Source of the DNA: an uncultured Candidatus Saccharibacteria bacterium
Lineage (GTDB): Bacteria; Patescibacteriota; Minisyncoccia; Phycocordibacterales; UBA918
Length of the DNA stretch: 36,385 bases
Assembly (NCBI GenBank): GCA_964402035.1
Contig: CAYOAM010000002.1
Location: 244,964-281,348, forward strand
Reading direction: 5' to 3'
Shown: positions 8,099-16,482 of the stretch, piece after piece
Layout: every line of letters starts with the position of its first letter
How positions within the stretch are numbered: the first letter of the stretch is position 1
Program-made: the position numbers and the translations under genes
Notes under the pieces: model-generated
What the model was told of the DNA's origin: nothing
The model's input: the letters and a program-made list of their open reading frames with translations, nothing else
Databases searched by the model: none

Positions 8099-10066
8099 CT
8101 ACCTGGACTTTCGATTGACACGGCCATCACTATCTTCATATTCAGGATCAGCGAAGAGCTGTGTGGTGAGCGCTGGGGCTTCCGCACGTATGGTTGTACC
8201 AGTAAAGCGATCGACGGCACGAAGCCGCTGCTCATTGAGCAATGTGACGACCTGCCCGACCTGCGTGAGACTTGGACGTATGGACACTTGAAAAGAAGCC
8301 TCACGATCTTCACCTGCTTTCAAATCACCCACTTTCCATGTTACCTCACGAGCATCAGGATTATATGAAAATACGGGTGCAGTGGTGGTGAGATCGAGCC
8401 ATGTGACATACGCAGGAATAGTGGCGGTAACAATACCATCAGTGATAGCATTGGTACCATTTTTGACGTACCACACCATCGTATAGGTAGTGACTTCTTC
8501 GGCGCGCGGCGGCACTGGACCAGTATTTGGAAAAGCGCCCGTGCTATAGAGAGCTCTCGATAAGAGCTTGGCGACACTTTCGACCTTGATTGTCTTACTA
8601 ATGGCGCCCGTTAAACGTTGCGAGACCTGATCTTCGGATACGCGATCACCCTCCGCATTTACCGTGAGCGAAATCTGCGGAGTCCGATCTGCCACCGATG
8701 CGCCATGCGGAGTCACAGAAAACGTCACGGTACTGGAGCGGCCGGGGGCAAGAGCGCTCAATGAATCGGTGGTGTTTTGATCCCAGGTCGCAATATTTGT
8801 CTTTGAGTCATAGAACCCACCCCCTTCAACACGCACCTCCGATTCATTGAGCCCATTTCCTGAAAGATCGACGCTAATCTTGCCATCGTAGAGTGTGGTT
8901 GAGAGCGAATTGGTGAATACAATAGAAATCTGTGTTAATGATTCTGGCGCTATGACGGGTGTTGCATCCTCTTTTCCATCTACCAAAACAGCAATATCAA
9001 GAAATGGTGCCTCTATCGAAATCTCTTTTGATTGTGTTGTAAATATGGATGCCAAACTATAGCGATCACGCTCATTGGGTACGCCAACAGAAAACTTGAA
9101 CGACTGCGTATCATCTTGCTTCCCGATCAAAAGTCCTTTTATTGTGATCGTCTTTTTTTCTTCCGGCTTGAGATTGCTGATCGTCCACGTATCACGTCCA
9201 GATACCGGTTCAGGTGTTGCGCTCGAAAAATCAAAACCAAATGGATACTCCGCTTTAAGTAAGATATCTGAAATAACACTCGGTGCATTTGAAGAAATGG
9301 TCACTGCAAGCTCCACCTCCTGCCCAGAAGCAGTCTTTGTCACATTATCAACCGACAACACAACTGGCGATGAACTGATCTTAAAACGCAATGGTTCTGC
9401 CTCTTTATAGAACGTTGCATTTGAACCCTGAACACGGTACTCAATCGACGCAAGTACAGACTTCTCTTCATTTTCTTCACCAAAAACACGTGCTTTCAAC
9501 GGAACATTGAGCACCTCGCCCGGCTTTATAAGTTCCAGCTGTTTTCGATCGCGAAAGAGTTCCTTACCGTCCTCTGTCGCAGACTGTGTGCCAAAAGGAT
9601 ATTCAATAATGAGTGTTGCAGACTCAATTGGCACAGCATTCTTATTTGCAATCGTGATTTGTATCGGTATCTCCTCACCACCACCAACCGCAAATGGCCC
9701 GCTTGTTTGTATGGAAATATTGTTTCCAGAAATCATGTTTTTTCCAAAGAAAAGAAACGATCCTGAAAGTAGCAGGGCTACGACAAAAAAGATCAGTCCC
9801 GCAAATATTGCTGTTATACGAAATGAACGTCGTCTACTACGCATACTGTTTGAAAGATTTGGAATAACTTCATCGCGTGGAGCCACGACCGCTGGTCCAC
9901 GAGGAGCAGGGGGTTCCACCCCCATATCCCAATTTTTCTTTACTACCTGCGGTGTGTCGGGCAATATTTCGCGTGCATGCTCGCGTGGTGGGGCCCCACG
10001 AGAGTACAAACGCTCGCGCATGCTCTGCAGGCGTTCTTCATAGCTCCCTTCCTCCTTGTTCGGCAT
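8099..10066 (-). CDS. Hypothetical single-pass membrane protein with about five tandem beta-sandwich (CARDB/Ig-like) repeats
   Basis: It has a charged, Pro-rich N-terminus and a TM helix (ITAIFAGLIFFVVALLLSGSFLFF). Repeated modules follow, ending in …EYPFG… and similar. I prefer the ATG at 10066; the track start at 10069 is TTG. Confidence 0.6.
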   Translation of the reverse strand: MPNKEEGSYEERLQSMRERLYSRGAPPREHAREILPDTPQVVKKNWDMGVEPPAPRGPAVVAPRDEVIPNLSNSMRSRRRSFRITAIFAGLIFFVVALLLSGSFLFFGKNMISGNNISIQTSGPFAVGGGEEIPIQITIANKNAVPIESATLIIEYPFGTQSATEDGKELFRDRKQLELIKPGEVLNVPLKARVFGEENEEKSVLASIEYRVQGSNATFYKEAEPLRFKISSSPVVLSVDNVTKTASGQEVELAVTISSNAPSVISDILLKAEYPFGFDFSSATPEPVSGRDTWTISNLKPEEKKTITIKGLLIGKQDDTQSFKFSVGVPNERDRYSLASIFTTQSKEISIEAPFLDIAVLVDGKEDATPVIAPESLTQISIVFTNSLSTTLYDGKISVDLSGNGLNESEVRVEGGGFYDSKTNIATWDQNTTDSLSALAPGRSSTVTFSVTPHGASVADRTPQISLTVNAEGDRVSEDQVSQRLTGAISKTIKVESVAKLLSRALYSTGAFPNTGPVPPRAEEVTTYTMVWYVKNGTNAITDGIVTATIPAYVTWLDLTTTAPVFSYNPDAREVTWKVGDLKAGEDREASFQVSIRPSLTQVGQVVTLLNEQRLRAVDRFTGTTIRAEAPALTTQLFADPEYEDSDGRVNRKSR

Positions 10067-10072
10067 CAAAAA

Positions 10073-10078
10073 AGTATA
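10073..10078 (-). promoter_or_regulatory. Candidate -10 box (TATACT) placed for a leaderless mRNA of the 8099-10066 gene
   Basis: On the minus strand, TATACT ends 6 nt before the ATG at 10066. There is no SD. No good -35 is visible. Confidence 0.3.
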
Positions 10079-10090
10079 GCACAGAGCACC

Positions 10091-10285
10091 TAGAACATGT
10101 TTAAAAACCTACAGATACGGACAAACATGCTGGGAGCATGTTTGTCCAAGAAGCGAGGGCCCGAGCCAGAGAAATATGCCGGGGGCATATTTCTCAATCT
10201 TCTATGTGAGCGGTCCGAGCGACGCAGGTAGTGAAGTATGCTGGGAGCATACTTCACGGTAGATGTGGTTTTTAAACATGTTCTA
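10091..10285. repeat. Hairpin-cassette repeat element (MITE/BIME-like): 19-bp perfect terminal inverted repeats enclosing three GGG-loop hairpins
   Basis: TIRs: tagaacatgtttaaaaacc (10091-10109) and ggtttttaaacatgttcta (10267-10285). Hairpins: GGACAAACATGCT-GGG-AGCATGTTTGTCC (10119-10147), GAGAAATATGCC-GGG-GGCATATTTCTC (10169-10195) and GTGAAGTATGCT-GGG-AGCATACTTCAC (10231-10257). The element ends directly against the recO stop codon. Confidence 0.65.
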
Positions 10286-10876
10286 CTAGAGCTGGCTTAC
10301 TGCAAGCGCTTCTTCAACAACCCGCTTCACATACTTTTTAAACGCCATCTCTTCGGAACAGAGTGCGTACGCCTCTTCAAGGGTCTCGGCGTGGACCATT
10401 GACACGTACTCCTTGTGCGGAGCAACATAGCCAAGTCGATGGAGAACCCGCAGATAAAAGAGTGCTTCATGCGTACCTTCTGTCTCCTTTCGAGTGAGTA
10501 GCTCTAAACCATCAAGAACAAGTGCAAAGAGTTCATGCTGTTGTTGTGCGCCGCCCCCCCGCATCAAACGCCGAATAAAACGCATGGCAGACAGAAGCGA
10601 CTTTCGTGAGGCTCGTGAGCGTGCAGCGTAGTAAAAATTGTCTTTCGCAACAGCGCCAACCACACGCCACTCATACCGACCATGTACCAACGATACCGTA
10701 GAGTAGGAAAAATCCTGCAGCGCGTACCGAAGCTTTGATTGATGCGCGCGAATACCTCCCGCACGCGCATATATCATGCCTGCTTCTTTGGTATAGAGAC
10801 GCAACGTACAATCATGCTCACTCCGCCCACTTCTGCCGCAGACGATTGCTTCTGTTGTGTATGTTTCGTATGCCAC
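10286..10876 (-). CDS. recO: DNA repair protein RecO
   Basis: The N-terminal OB-fold pattern is typical of RecO (…TEAIVCGRS..SEHDCTLRLYTKEAGMIYARAGGIR…SKLRYALQDFSY…), followed by a helical C-terminus. The start is GTG at 10876, overlapping the ileS TAG stop (TAGTG), which suggests translational coupling. Confidence 0.75.
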   Translation of the reverse strand: MAYETYTTEAIVCGRSGRSEHDCTLRLYTKEAGMIYARAGGIRAHQSKLRYALQDFSYSTVSLVHGRYEWRVVGAVAKDNFYYAARSRASRKSLLSAMRFIRRLMRGGGAQQQHELFALVLDGLELLTRKETEGTHEALFYLRVLHRLGYVAPHKEYVSMVHAETLEEAYALCSEEMAFKKYVKRVVEEALAVSQL

Positions 10877-13800
10877 TATTGTTTAGTGATATCAACTTTA
10901 TACGTACGCGATGGCAATGCCAGCACACCGCCCTCGACACCTGCAAATGAAACTGTGTCTGCATTGACCGTTCGCAACAAAACACTCTGATGTGCGAGCA
11001 CATGCGCCTGCCCTTCAGGGTCAGTATCTACACGCAGCACAATACGATCTCCTGGGACTAACCCCATCTCTTTTCGCATATCCTGGATATGACGCATAAG
11101 TTCTCGTACCTCCCCTTCAGCTTGGAGTGCTGGTGTTATATTCCAATCAAAATCTGCCGTATCACTACCTTCAACATCATTTCGTAACATCACTTCTTTC
11201 ACATTGAGCTCATCCTGCAACAGGAGCTTGCATTCATTCCAATATTTCGGCTCCTCCCCATCGTGCTTGATCGTAAGAGAGGCGAGTGGTTGTTTAACGT
11301 GTATGCCCTTTTTAGTACGGAGCATAAGACCGATAGTCGCTTGTGTACGCACAAATGACATGGTCTCTAAAAGTTCGGTATCGATGGCAGCAAACGTAGG
11401 CCAAGTCGCAAGATGTACACTTAGGACATCATACTCCTCACGAACAGACTGCCAGATATACTCTGCAAAAAATGGCATTGAAGGCGCCGAAACCAATGCA
11501 AGCGTCTTTAATACAAAACGGAGTGTCGCCAATGTGTATCGCTGATCGTCAGGCGTACCATATTTGAGGCGCTCTCGTGACCGACGAAGATACCACACCG
11601 AAAGATCGTCAATGAAGTCAGTGATCGGGCGCGTTGCGCGGTCAAGTTCATAGTGCTCCATTCCTTCGGTAGCACTATGCACCACTGCATCTAGGCGCGA
11701 TAGAATCCAGCGATCCAACACATGTGTCGACTCTCGAGCATCTATCGATTGTACATCCGCAGCCTTGTACAGCTCATAAAACGAGAGCACGTTTGCAAGA
11801 CGCCCGATATTTTTGCGCGCGAGTTCCGCCAAACCCTTTTCAGAAAAATTGAGATCTTCACCACGAATAATTGGCGAAGAAAGAAGATAAAACCGAAGCG
11901 AGTCAGCACCATATGCATCGACAACGTCCATGGGGTCAGGATAGTTTTTGAGCTTTTTTGACATCTTGCGTCCATCTTCCGCAAGTACCAAGCCATTGGT
12001 GATCACATGTTTGTATGGTGACACACCAAACAGCGCCACACCCAAGACGAGGAGCGAGTAAAACCACCCGCGTGTCTGATCAACACTTTCAGCAATAAAA
12101 TCTGCGGGATACCCCATCGATTGTGTTGGATCAAAAACATCGATGTGTTCAAACGGATAGTGTTGCTGCCCGTATGGCATCGATCCCGACTCAAACCAAC
12201 AATCAAAAACATCAGGCACACGCACAAGCGGTGTACCATCGGTATCCACCAGTTTTATTTCATCTATATATGGTCGATGAAAGTCGAGGGTAAAATTTTT
12301 GTTGTGCGGTAACGGCGTAAAGGAAAACTCCCGCACTTCGGCATTTTGCAAATAGCCGCCGGATTCATGTACACGCCATGCTCCTTCTACATCAGCCCCT
12401 TGTGCTGCACACTGGATCGCGAAACCGGGCCCCGCATGGGTAATAATCAGGATTCTCTTGCCCGCATATTGTGTTTCGAGTGAGTAGAGGAATGCTCCCA
12501 TGCGCTCTTGCACATCACGCCTATTTTCAAAACCTGGTATGACTTTAGTAAAGCGATCCTTCCACGGACCAAAGAGATTGTTGTATTCGTCCCATGTCTT
12601 GCCCTCAAAAGCTTCAGGGATTTTTAATTCCACAATACGATCATCTTCAACAAGTGCCGCGTCAGGTAAACGAAGCTCTTCCTTGATAATTTCTGCAGTT
12701 TTTTTGGTACGCACAAAACCCGAGTGAATAATGATATCAACTGGAGAAAGTTTTTGTGCTGCGGCCCGTACCTGTTCGATCCCCTTTTCTGTCAACAGAT
12801 CATTATTATCTTTTTTACTGCTGATAATGCCTGTGAGATTTGATGTCGCTTCCCCATGACGCATCAAAAAATAGGTATTTCCGGACTTGGGTACATGTGC
12901 CTTGAGTTCATCAAGCGAACCAAACACTTTGTAGGTATTGGTTTTTTTATTTCTCCAGACCGGCAGTGGCGCACCCCAATACCGCTGGCGAGATACCGCC
13001 CAATCACGTGCTCCTTCGAGCCAATTGCCAAATCGAGCCTGTCCCACATGTTCCGGCACCCACCCGATCTTTTTATTTTCTGAAACAAGTTGATCCTTGA
13101 TATCAGTCACGCGGACAAACCATGACGACGTCGCGTAGTTAAGAAGCGGCGTGTCACAGCGCCAGCAATGCGGATAGCTGTGCACAATGTTTTCTTTTGC
13201 GAACAATCGTCCTTGTTCTTTAAGCAGCTTAAGCACTGCGACATCAGCATCGGTATGTAGTACTTTTTTATCTGCATCATCTTTTGGTTTCACCAACATA
13301 CCCGCAAAGTCAGTCACATGCGACATAAAGTGTCCTTCTGCATCGACATGATGCACAATCGGTATCCCCTTTTCTTTAGCAAGGACCATGTCTTCTTCTC
13401 CATATGCAGGTGCCAAATGCACCGCACCTGTACCGTTTACTAAATCAACATACGGCGCAGCGTACACTTTCCACGCATTCGCCCTTCCTTCAATGTCTCT
13501 GTCTTTATAGTATTCAAACGGTGGCACATATGATTTTCCTACAAGATCCTTTCCCTTCATCTCTTCTAAGATTGTGTACACATCTTGCCCAAACACAGCA
13601 GCGAGGCGATCTTTCGCAAGAATGAATGTGCCCTCCTCACCTTCTTTTGAAACACGGACATACGCAAAATCAGCATTGACCGCCGCAGCCATATTGCCCG
13701 GCAACGTCCAAGGAGTTGTCGTCCAAACAAGAAGCGACGTGTCCGTTATAATCCCCTTTTCGTCCAAAAGTGGAAGCTTTACCGTGACGGCAATATCCTT

Positions 13801-14409
13801 AATATCTTTGTACCCTTGATTAACCTCAAAGTTTGAAAGTGTCGTACCGCAACGTGGACAGAGATGCATTGATTTGTATCCTTCATAGACTAGTCCCTTG
13901 CGATTGAGTTCTGCAAACACCCACCACACACTTTCGGTGTAGGTGCTGTCCATCGTCTTGTAGTCCTGATCCATGTCTACCCAGCGACCCATGCGAGGAA
14001 TGATCCGCTTCCAATCATCAGCGTATTCCAAAACCGCATCACGTGCCGCTTCATTAAATTTTTCAACACCCAACTCTTCGATATCGCGTTTGGTCTTAAG
14101 ACCAAGCTTTTGCTCAATGAGGTTTTCGAGCGGCAGACCATGGCAGTCCCACCCCCACTTTCGCTTTACATGATACCCCTGCATCGTTCGATAGCGCGGT
14201 ATCGTATCTTTGATCGTCCCTGCTAAAATGTGCCCGTGATGTGGAAGTCCGGTCGCAAACGGTGGTCCATCATAAAAAACGTACTCGCCTTTTGGAGACT
14301 CTTTCTCGAGTGTCTTTTCAAAAATACCCTCCCGCTCCCAAAAAGCCAGAATTTCCTCCTCGCGCTTCGCGATATCGCTTATAGGCTTTTTTTCAGTGTT
14401 TTCATTCAT
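10876..14409 (-). CDS. ileS: Isoleucyl-tRNA synthetase (type 2, eukaryote-like) carrying an internal histidine-phosphatase domain insertion
   Basis: …YDGPPFATGLPHHGHILAGTIKD… (HIGH), a CP1 editing region (…TTTPWTLPGN…), …WAVSRQRYWGAPLPVW…, …VPDVFDCWFESGSMPY… and KMSKKLKNYPDP (KMSKS). At 1177 aa it is about 195 aa longer than the colinear core. Confidence 0.95.
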   Translation of the reverse strand: MNENTEKKPISDIAKREEEILAFWEREGIFEKTLEKESPKGEYVFYDGPPFATGLPHHGHILAGTIKDTIPRYRTMQGYHVKRKWGWDCHGLPLENLIEQKLGLKTKRDIEELGVEKFNEAARDAVLEYADDWKRIIPRMGRWVDMDQDYKTMDSTYTESVWWVFAELNRKGLVYEGYKSMHLCPRCGTTLSNFEVNQGYKDIKDIAVTVKLPLLDEKGIITDTSLLVWTTTPWTLPGNMAAAVNADFAYVRVSKEGEEGTFILAKDRLAAVFGQDVYTILEEMKGKDLVGKSYVPPFEYYKDRDIEGRANAWKVYAAPYVDLVNGTGAVHLAPAYGEEDMVLAKEKGIPIVHHVDAEGHFMSHVTDFAGMLVKPKDDADKKVLHTDADVAVLKLLKEQGRLFAKENIVHSYPHCWRCDTPLLNYATSSWFVRVTDIKDQLVSENKKIGWVPEHVGQARFGNWLEGARDWAVSRQRYWGAPLPVWRNKKTNTYKVFGSLDELKAHVPKSGNTYFLMRHGEATSNLTGIISSKKDNNDLLTEKGIEQVRAAAQKLSPVDIIIHSGFVRTKKTAEIIKEELRLPDAALVEDDRIVELKIPEAFEGKTWDEYNNLFGPWKDRFTKVIPGFENRRDVQERMGAFLYSLETQYAGKRILIITHAGPGFAIQCAAQGADVEGAWRVHESGGYLQNAEVREFSFTPLPHNKNFTLDFHRPYIDEIKLVDTDGTPLVRVPDVFDCWFESGSMPYGQQHYPFEHIDVFDPTQSMGYPADFIAESVDQTRGWFYSLLVLGVALFGVSPYKHVITNGLVLAEDGRKMSKKLKNYPDPMDVVDAYGADSLRFYLLSSPIIRGEDLNFSEKGLAELARKNIGRLANVLSFYELYKAADVQSIDARESTHVLDRWILSRLDAVVHSATEGMEHYELDRATRPITDFIDDLSVWYLRRSRERLKYGTPDDQRYTLATLRFVLKTLALVSAPSMPFFAEYIWQSVREEYDVLSVHLATWPTFAAIDTELLETMSFVRTQATIGLMLRTKKGIHVKQPLASLTIKHDGEEPKYWNECKLLLQDELNVKEVMLRNDVEGSDTADFDWNITPALQAEGEVRELMRHIQDMRKEMGLVPGDRIVLRVDTDPEGQAHVLAHQSVLLRTVNADTVSFAGVEGGVLALPSRTYKVDITKQ
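12295..12893 (-). other. Inserted histidine-phosphatase (phosphoglycerate-mutase superfamily) domain within IleRS (about aa 507-705)
   Basis: YFLMRHGEATSN (the RHG codons are at 12861-12853), HSGFVRTKKTAE (S-x3-R-x3-TA), VELKIPEAFEGKTWDE and LIITHAGPG (His codon at 12438-12436). The domain is in frame and bounded by IleRS sequence on both sides. Confidence 0.75.
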
Positions 14410-14567
14410 GGATATGCAGCTACTCGATAGTACATCGTACCATCAAAAAGAATGAAGGGAAAAGCCCCTTAAAGTAGGCTATTAAACTTATCCAAGGGCT
14501 ACCCTTGGAAACACCAACAAAGTCAAACTCCAATGTACGTCTTTTGAGAATGCGCTATCATAGATAG

Positions 14568-14864
14568 ATGAGCTTTGACATTGGATATAACGTATTCAAC
14601 ACTCTTGAGGCGATCTTCTGGCTTATTAGTGCACTTATTTTATTTGTACGCATACGGTATATTCCCCTCGCATACAGAAGAAATACGCTGTGGGGTGGGC
14701 TGTTTTTTACACTTTTTGGTCTCAGTGATATCGCTGAAATCATCATTGGCGGTATATTTGCTCCAAACCAACTATGGCTATTTGCAATCAAGGCAGGATG
14801 CGTCCTCGCATTTATTGTCCTCTTTATTCGGTACGTACAAATACGAAAACGCGAGGGGGTGTGA
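14568..14864 (+). CDS. Small hydrophobic membrane protein (about 3 TM helices), hypothetical
   Basis: The 98-aa ORF starts with ATG. It has strongly hydrophobic segments (AIFWLISALILFV, LWGGLFFTLFGL, LWLFAIKAGCVLAFIVLFI). It fills the only gap between ileS and the next minus-strand gene. Confidence 0.5.
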   Translation: MSFDIGYNVFNTLEAIFWLISALILFVRIRYIPLAYRRNTLWGGLFFTLFGLSDIAEIIIGGIFAPNQLWLFAIKAGCVLAFIVLFIRYVQIRKREGV

Positions 14865-14877
14865 TCAACAGAATATC

Positions 14878-15957
14878 CTATTCAACAACACTCAAAAGAT
14901 CAGGTGCGCGTGTCGCGGTGACGATCGTGAAGCTCTCTCGTCCCAACGCTTGCCCACGTTCTGTTTCAACCGTACAACGCCATGCGCCATCGTGTGCATT
15001 TTCAATGTAGGTGTACCCGCGATACCCACGATCACTTCCCCCTTCGATACGGTACGGAATGGTACTTTGGGTCACCCACACGCTCTTTGTTTCGTCATAA
15101 TACTCCCACCGATGCACCACATCGAGTGCAAATGCAGTTGGTGCAAATACCGACGCGTAGCAAAATACTTTTTCTCCTGCCACGCGGCGATACGTCGTGT
15201 CAGCGGTACGCCAAAACTTGTACCACGGAGCTTTTTCATACATCAGTCGATACCCACCTTCAACTCGTTCGACTTGATGGTAGATATCAATGTGTTTCAG
15301 TGAAAGTGGGATCGGCGGGATTACATTGCCAAAGTAGAGAAAATTGAGAACTGCAAAAATCATCCCCAAAGAAAATATGATGCCCCGCACATGGAGTTCA
15401 ATAAAGTTTGGAATAATACGTCGCAGCAATCGCACATAGAGCGCGATAACTACCAGCGCGACCGCACCACTACCAACAAATACCCACGCTCCCATGTTTT
15501 TTAGTAGGACGGGAATAAAAAGAATGCAGTATGAAAAAATACCTAAAAAATAAATAGAGAGATTGAGCAAAAGCCGCTGTGTGCGGTTGTGGACCATCTC
15601 ATTACCGATCATCACACCGACGACGAGTACTAAAAATGGCCACGATACTGACCATGACCCACTCTGACTATAAAAAACAAGGGTTCCCGATAGGAGCGAG
15701 CCAAAACTAAACTGGACAAGGAGTGGCGCAAAGCGAAGGACGCGTGCGCACATCTGTTCCGGGAGGCGCTCCGCAGACACCGCATAGAGGAGTGCGAGTG
15801 AAACACCAGCATTCACGATATGGAGAAATAGCATGATCATTGCAAAAAGCTGATCGACGCGCCCCAAGGTAATCGCGTCAAGAAAAAAACCACCCACAAA
15901 CGCAATCGTGAGCCAGTAGTGTTTAAGACTTTTTGCTTTTTCAATAACGTGCTTCAT
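14878..15957 (-). CDS. Polytopic membrane protein with a C-terminal soluble beta-rich domain (DUF2914-like)
   Basis: About 8 hydrophobic helices are followed by …VVHRWEYYDETKSVWVTQSTIPYRIEGGSDRGYRGYTYIENAHDGAWRCTVETERGQALGRESFTIV. The DUF2914 assignment is from memory of that family's pattern. Confidence 0.6.
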   Translation of the reverse strand: MKHVIEKAKSLKHYWLTIAFVGGFFLDAITLGRVDQLFAMIMLFLHIVNAGVSLALLYAVSAERLPEQMCARVLRFAPLLVQFSFGSLLSGTLVFYSQSGSWSVSWPFLVLVVGVMIGNEMVHNRTQRLLLNLSIYFLGIFSYCILFIPVLLKNMGAWVFVGSGAVALVVIALYVRLLRRIIPNFIELHVRGIIFSLGMIFAVLNFLYFGNVIPPIPLSLKHIDIYHQVERVEGGYRLMYEKAPWYKFWRTADTTYRRVAGEKVFCYASVFAPTAFALDVVHRWEYYDETKSVWVTQSTIPYRIEGGSDRGYRGYTYIENAHDGAWRCTVETERGQALGRESFTIVTATRAPDLLSVVE

Positions 15958-16008
15958 AGCTTTTCTATGTACTCATTGTATGTGGAAACATAACCGAATC
16001 AAAGAAAA

Positions 16009-16033
16009 AGAGCGGGACTTAGTGTCCCGCTCT
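16009..16033 (-). terminator. Rho-independent terminator ending the tmk-containing transcript
   Basis: AGAGCGGGAC-(5 nt)-GTCCCGCTCT, followed on the minus strand by TTTTTCTTT. Confidence 0.75.
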
Positions 16034-16138
16034 ATGTAGATGTTGTGCTCGAAAGCTATCCCAGGAGAGCTTTCATACTCGTAAGAAGTGCGTCTACTTC
16101 TGACACTTCTTTTGACGCGAGCACTGCGTCGATTTCTG

Positions 16139-16414
16139 CTATGCGCTTTGAGCATTCTGCTCGCTCGGCATGAAGCGCATCACAGAAAAGCCTTTCGTGT
16201 GTGAACTCCCGCGGATACGTTCCGTAAGGATGATGAGGAAATTCCCTCCAAAACCTGCTTTGGTGAGAAGCTCGGTAACATCAAACTCAGCTTCATCTCT
16301 GTCCTTTATGTAAGCCAAGAGCTTCGCATCCCCACGAATATCGACGAGAGGGGGTATCAGTAGTGTCCTACGTTTAAGCAGTTGCCCAAACGTTTCTTGA
16401 CCATTGAGACGCAT
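16139..16414 (-). CDS. Hypothetical protein (91 aa)
   Basis: The ATG at 16414 is preceded by GGAGGA 7 nt upstream; the track start at 16468 is TTG. I recognise no motif. The gene lies downstream of tmk on the same strand. Confidence 0.45.
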   Translation of the reverse strand: MRLNGQETFGQLLKRRTLLIPPLVDIRGDAKLLAYIKDRDEAEFDVTELLTKAGFGGNFLIILTERIRGSSHTKGFSVMRFMPSEQNAQSA

Positions 16415-16482
16415 CGGCGCTTCCTCCGTTGTTGAAGAACGTGGTAAGTACCAAAGGGCACTTTTCAAAAAATACCATACTA

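Noticed and set aside
10876-10878. The ileS stop codon and recO start codon overlap (TAGTG), considered as a recoding signal.
   Set aside because: A one-nucleotide stop/start overlap is ordinary translational coupling. No slippery sequence or downstream structure suggests frameshifting.
14410-14567. A possible T-box or attenuator leader upstream of ileS. On the minus strand there are hairpins CCAAGGG-TAG-CCCTTGG and AAGGGG-CTTT-TCCCTT followed by a T-run, plus GAUGGUAC, which resembles the T-box UGGUACC core.
   Set aside because: The UGGUAC-like string lies downstream of the putative terminator rather than in an antiterminator bulge. No Stem-I or specifier loop with an AUC codon is evident. 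The leader is short, and the region also has to hold the divergent promoter of the 98-aa ORF. A covariance-model scan would settle it.
14575-15303. A 242-aa plus-strand ORF, and many other ORFs of 60-200 aa antisense to or overlapping strong genes (for example 757-1122, 7098-7721, 9507-10043, 17518-17947, 25119-25679, 34961-35443, 35064-35492).
   Set aside because: They lie wholly inside well-supported genes on the opposite strand or in another frame. Their composition is low-complexity or unnatural (Cys/Arg/Ser-rich) with no motifs. They are typical shadow ORFs.
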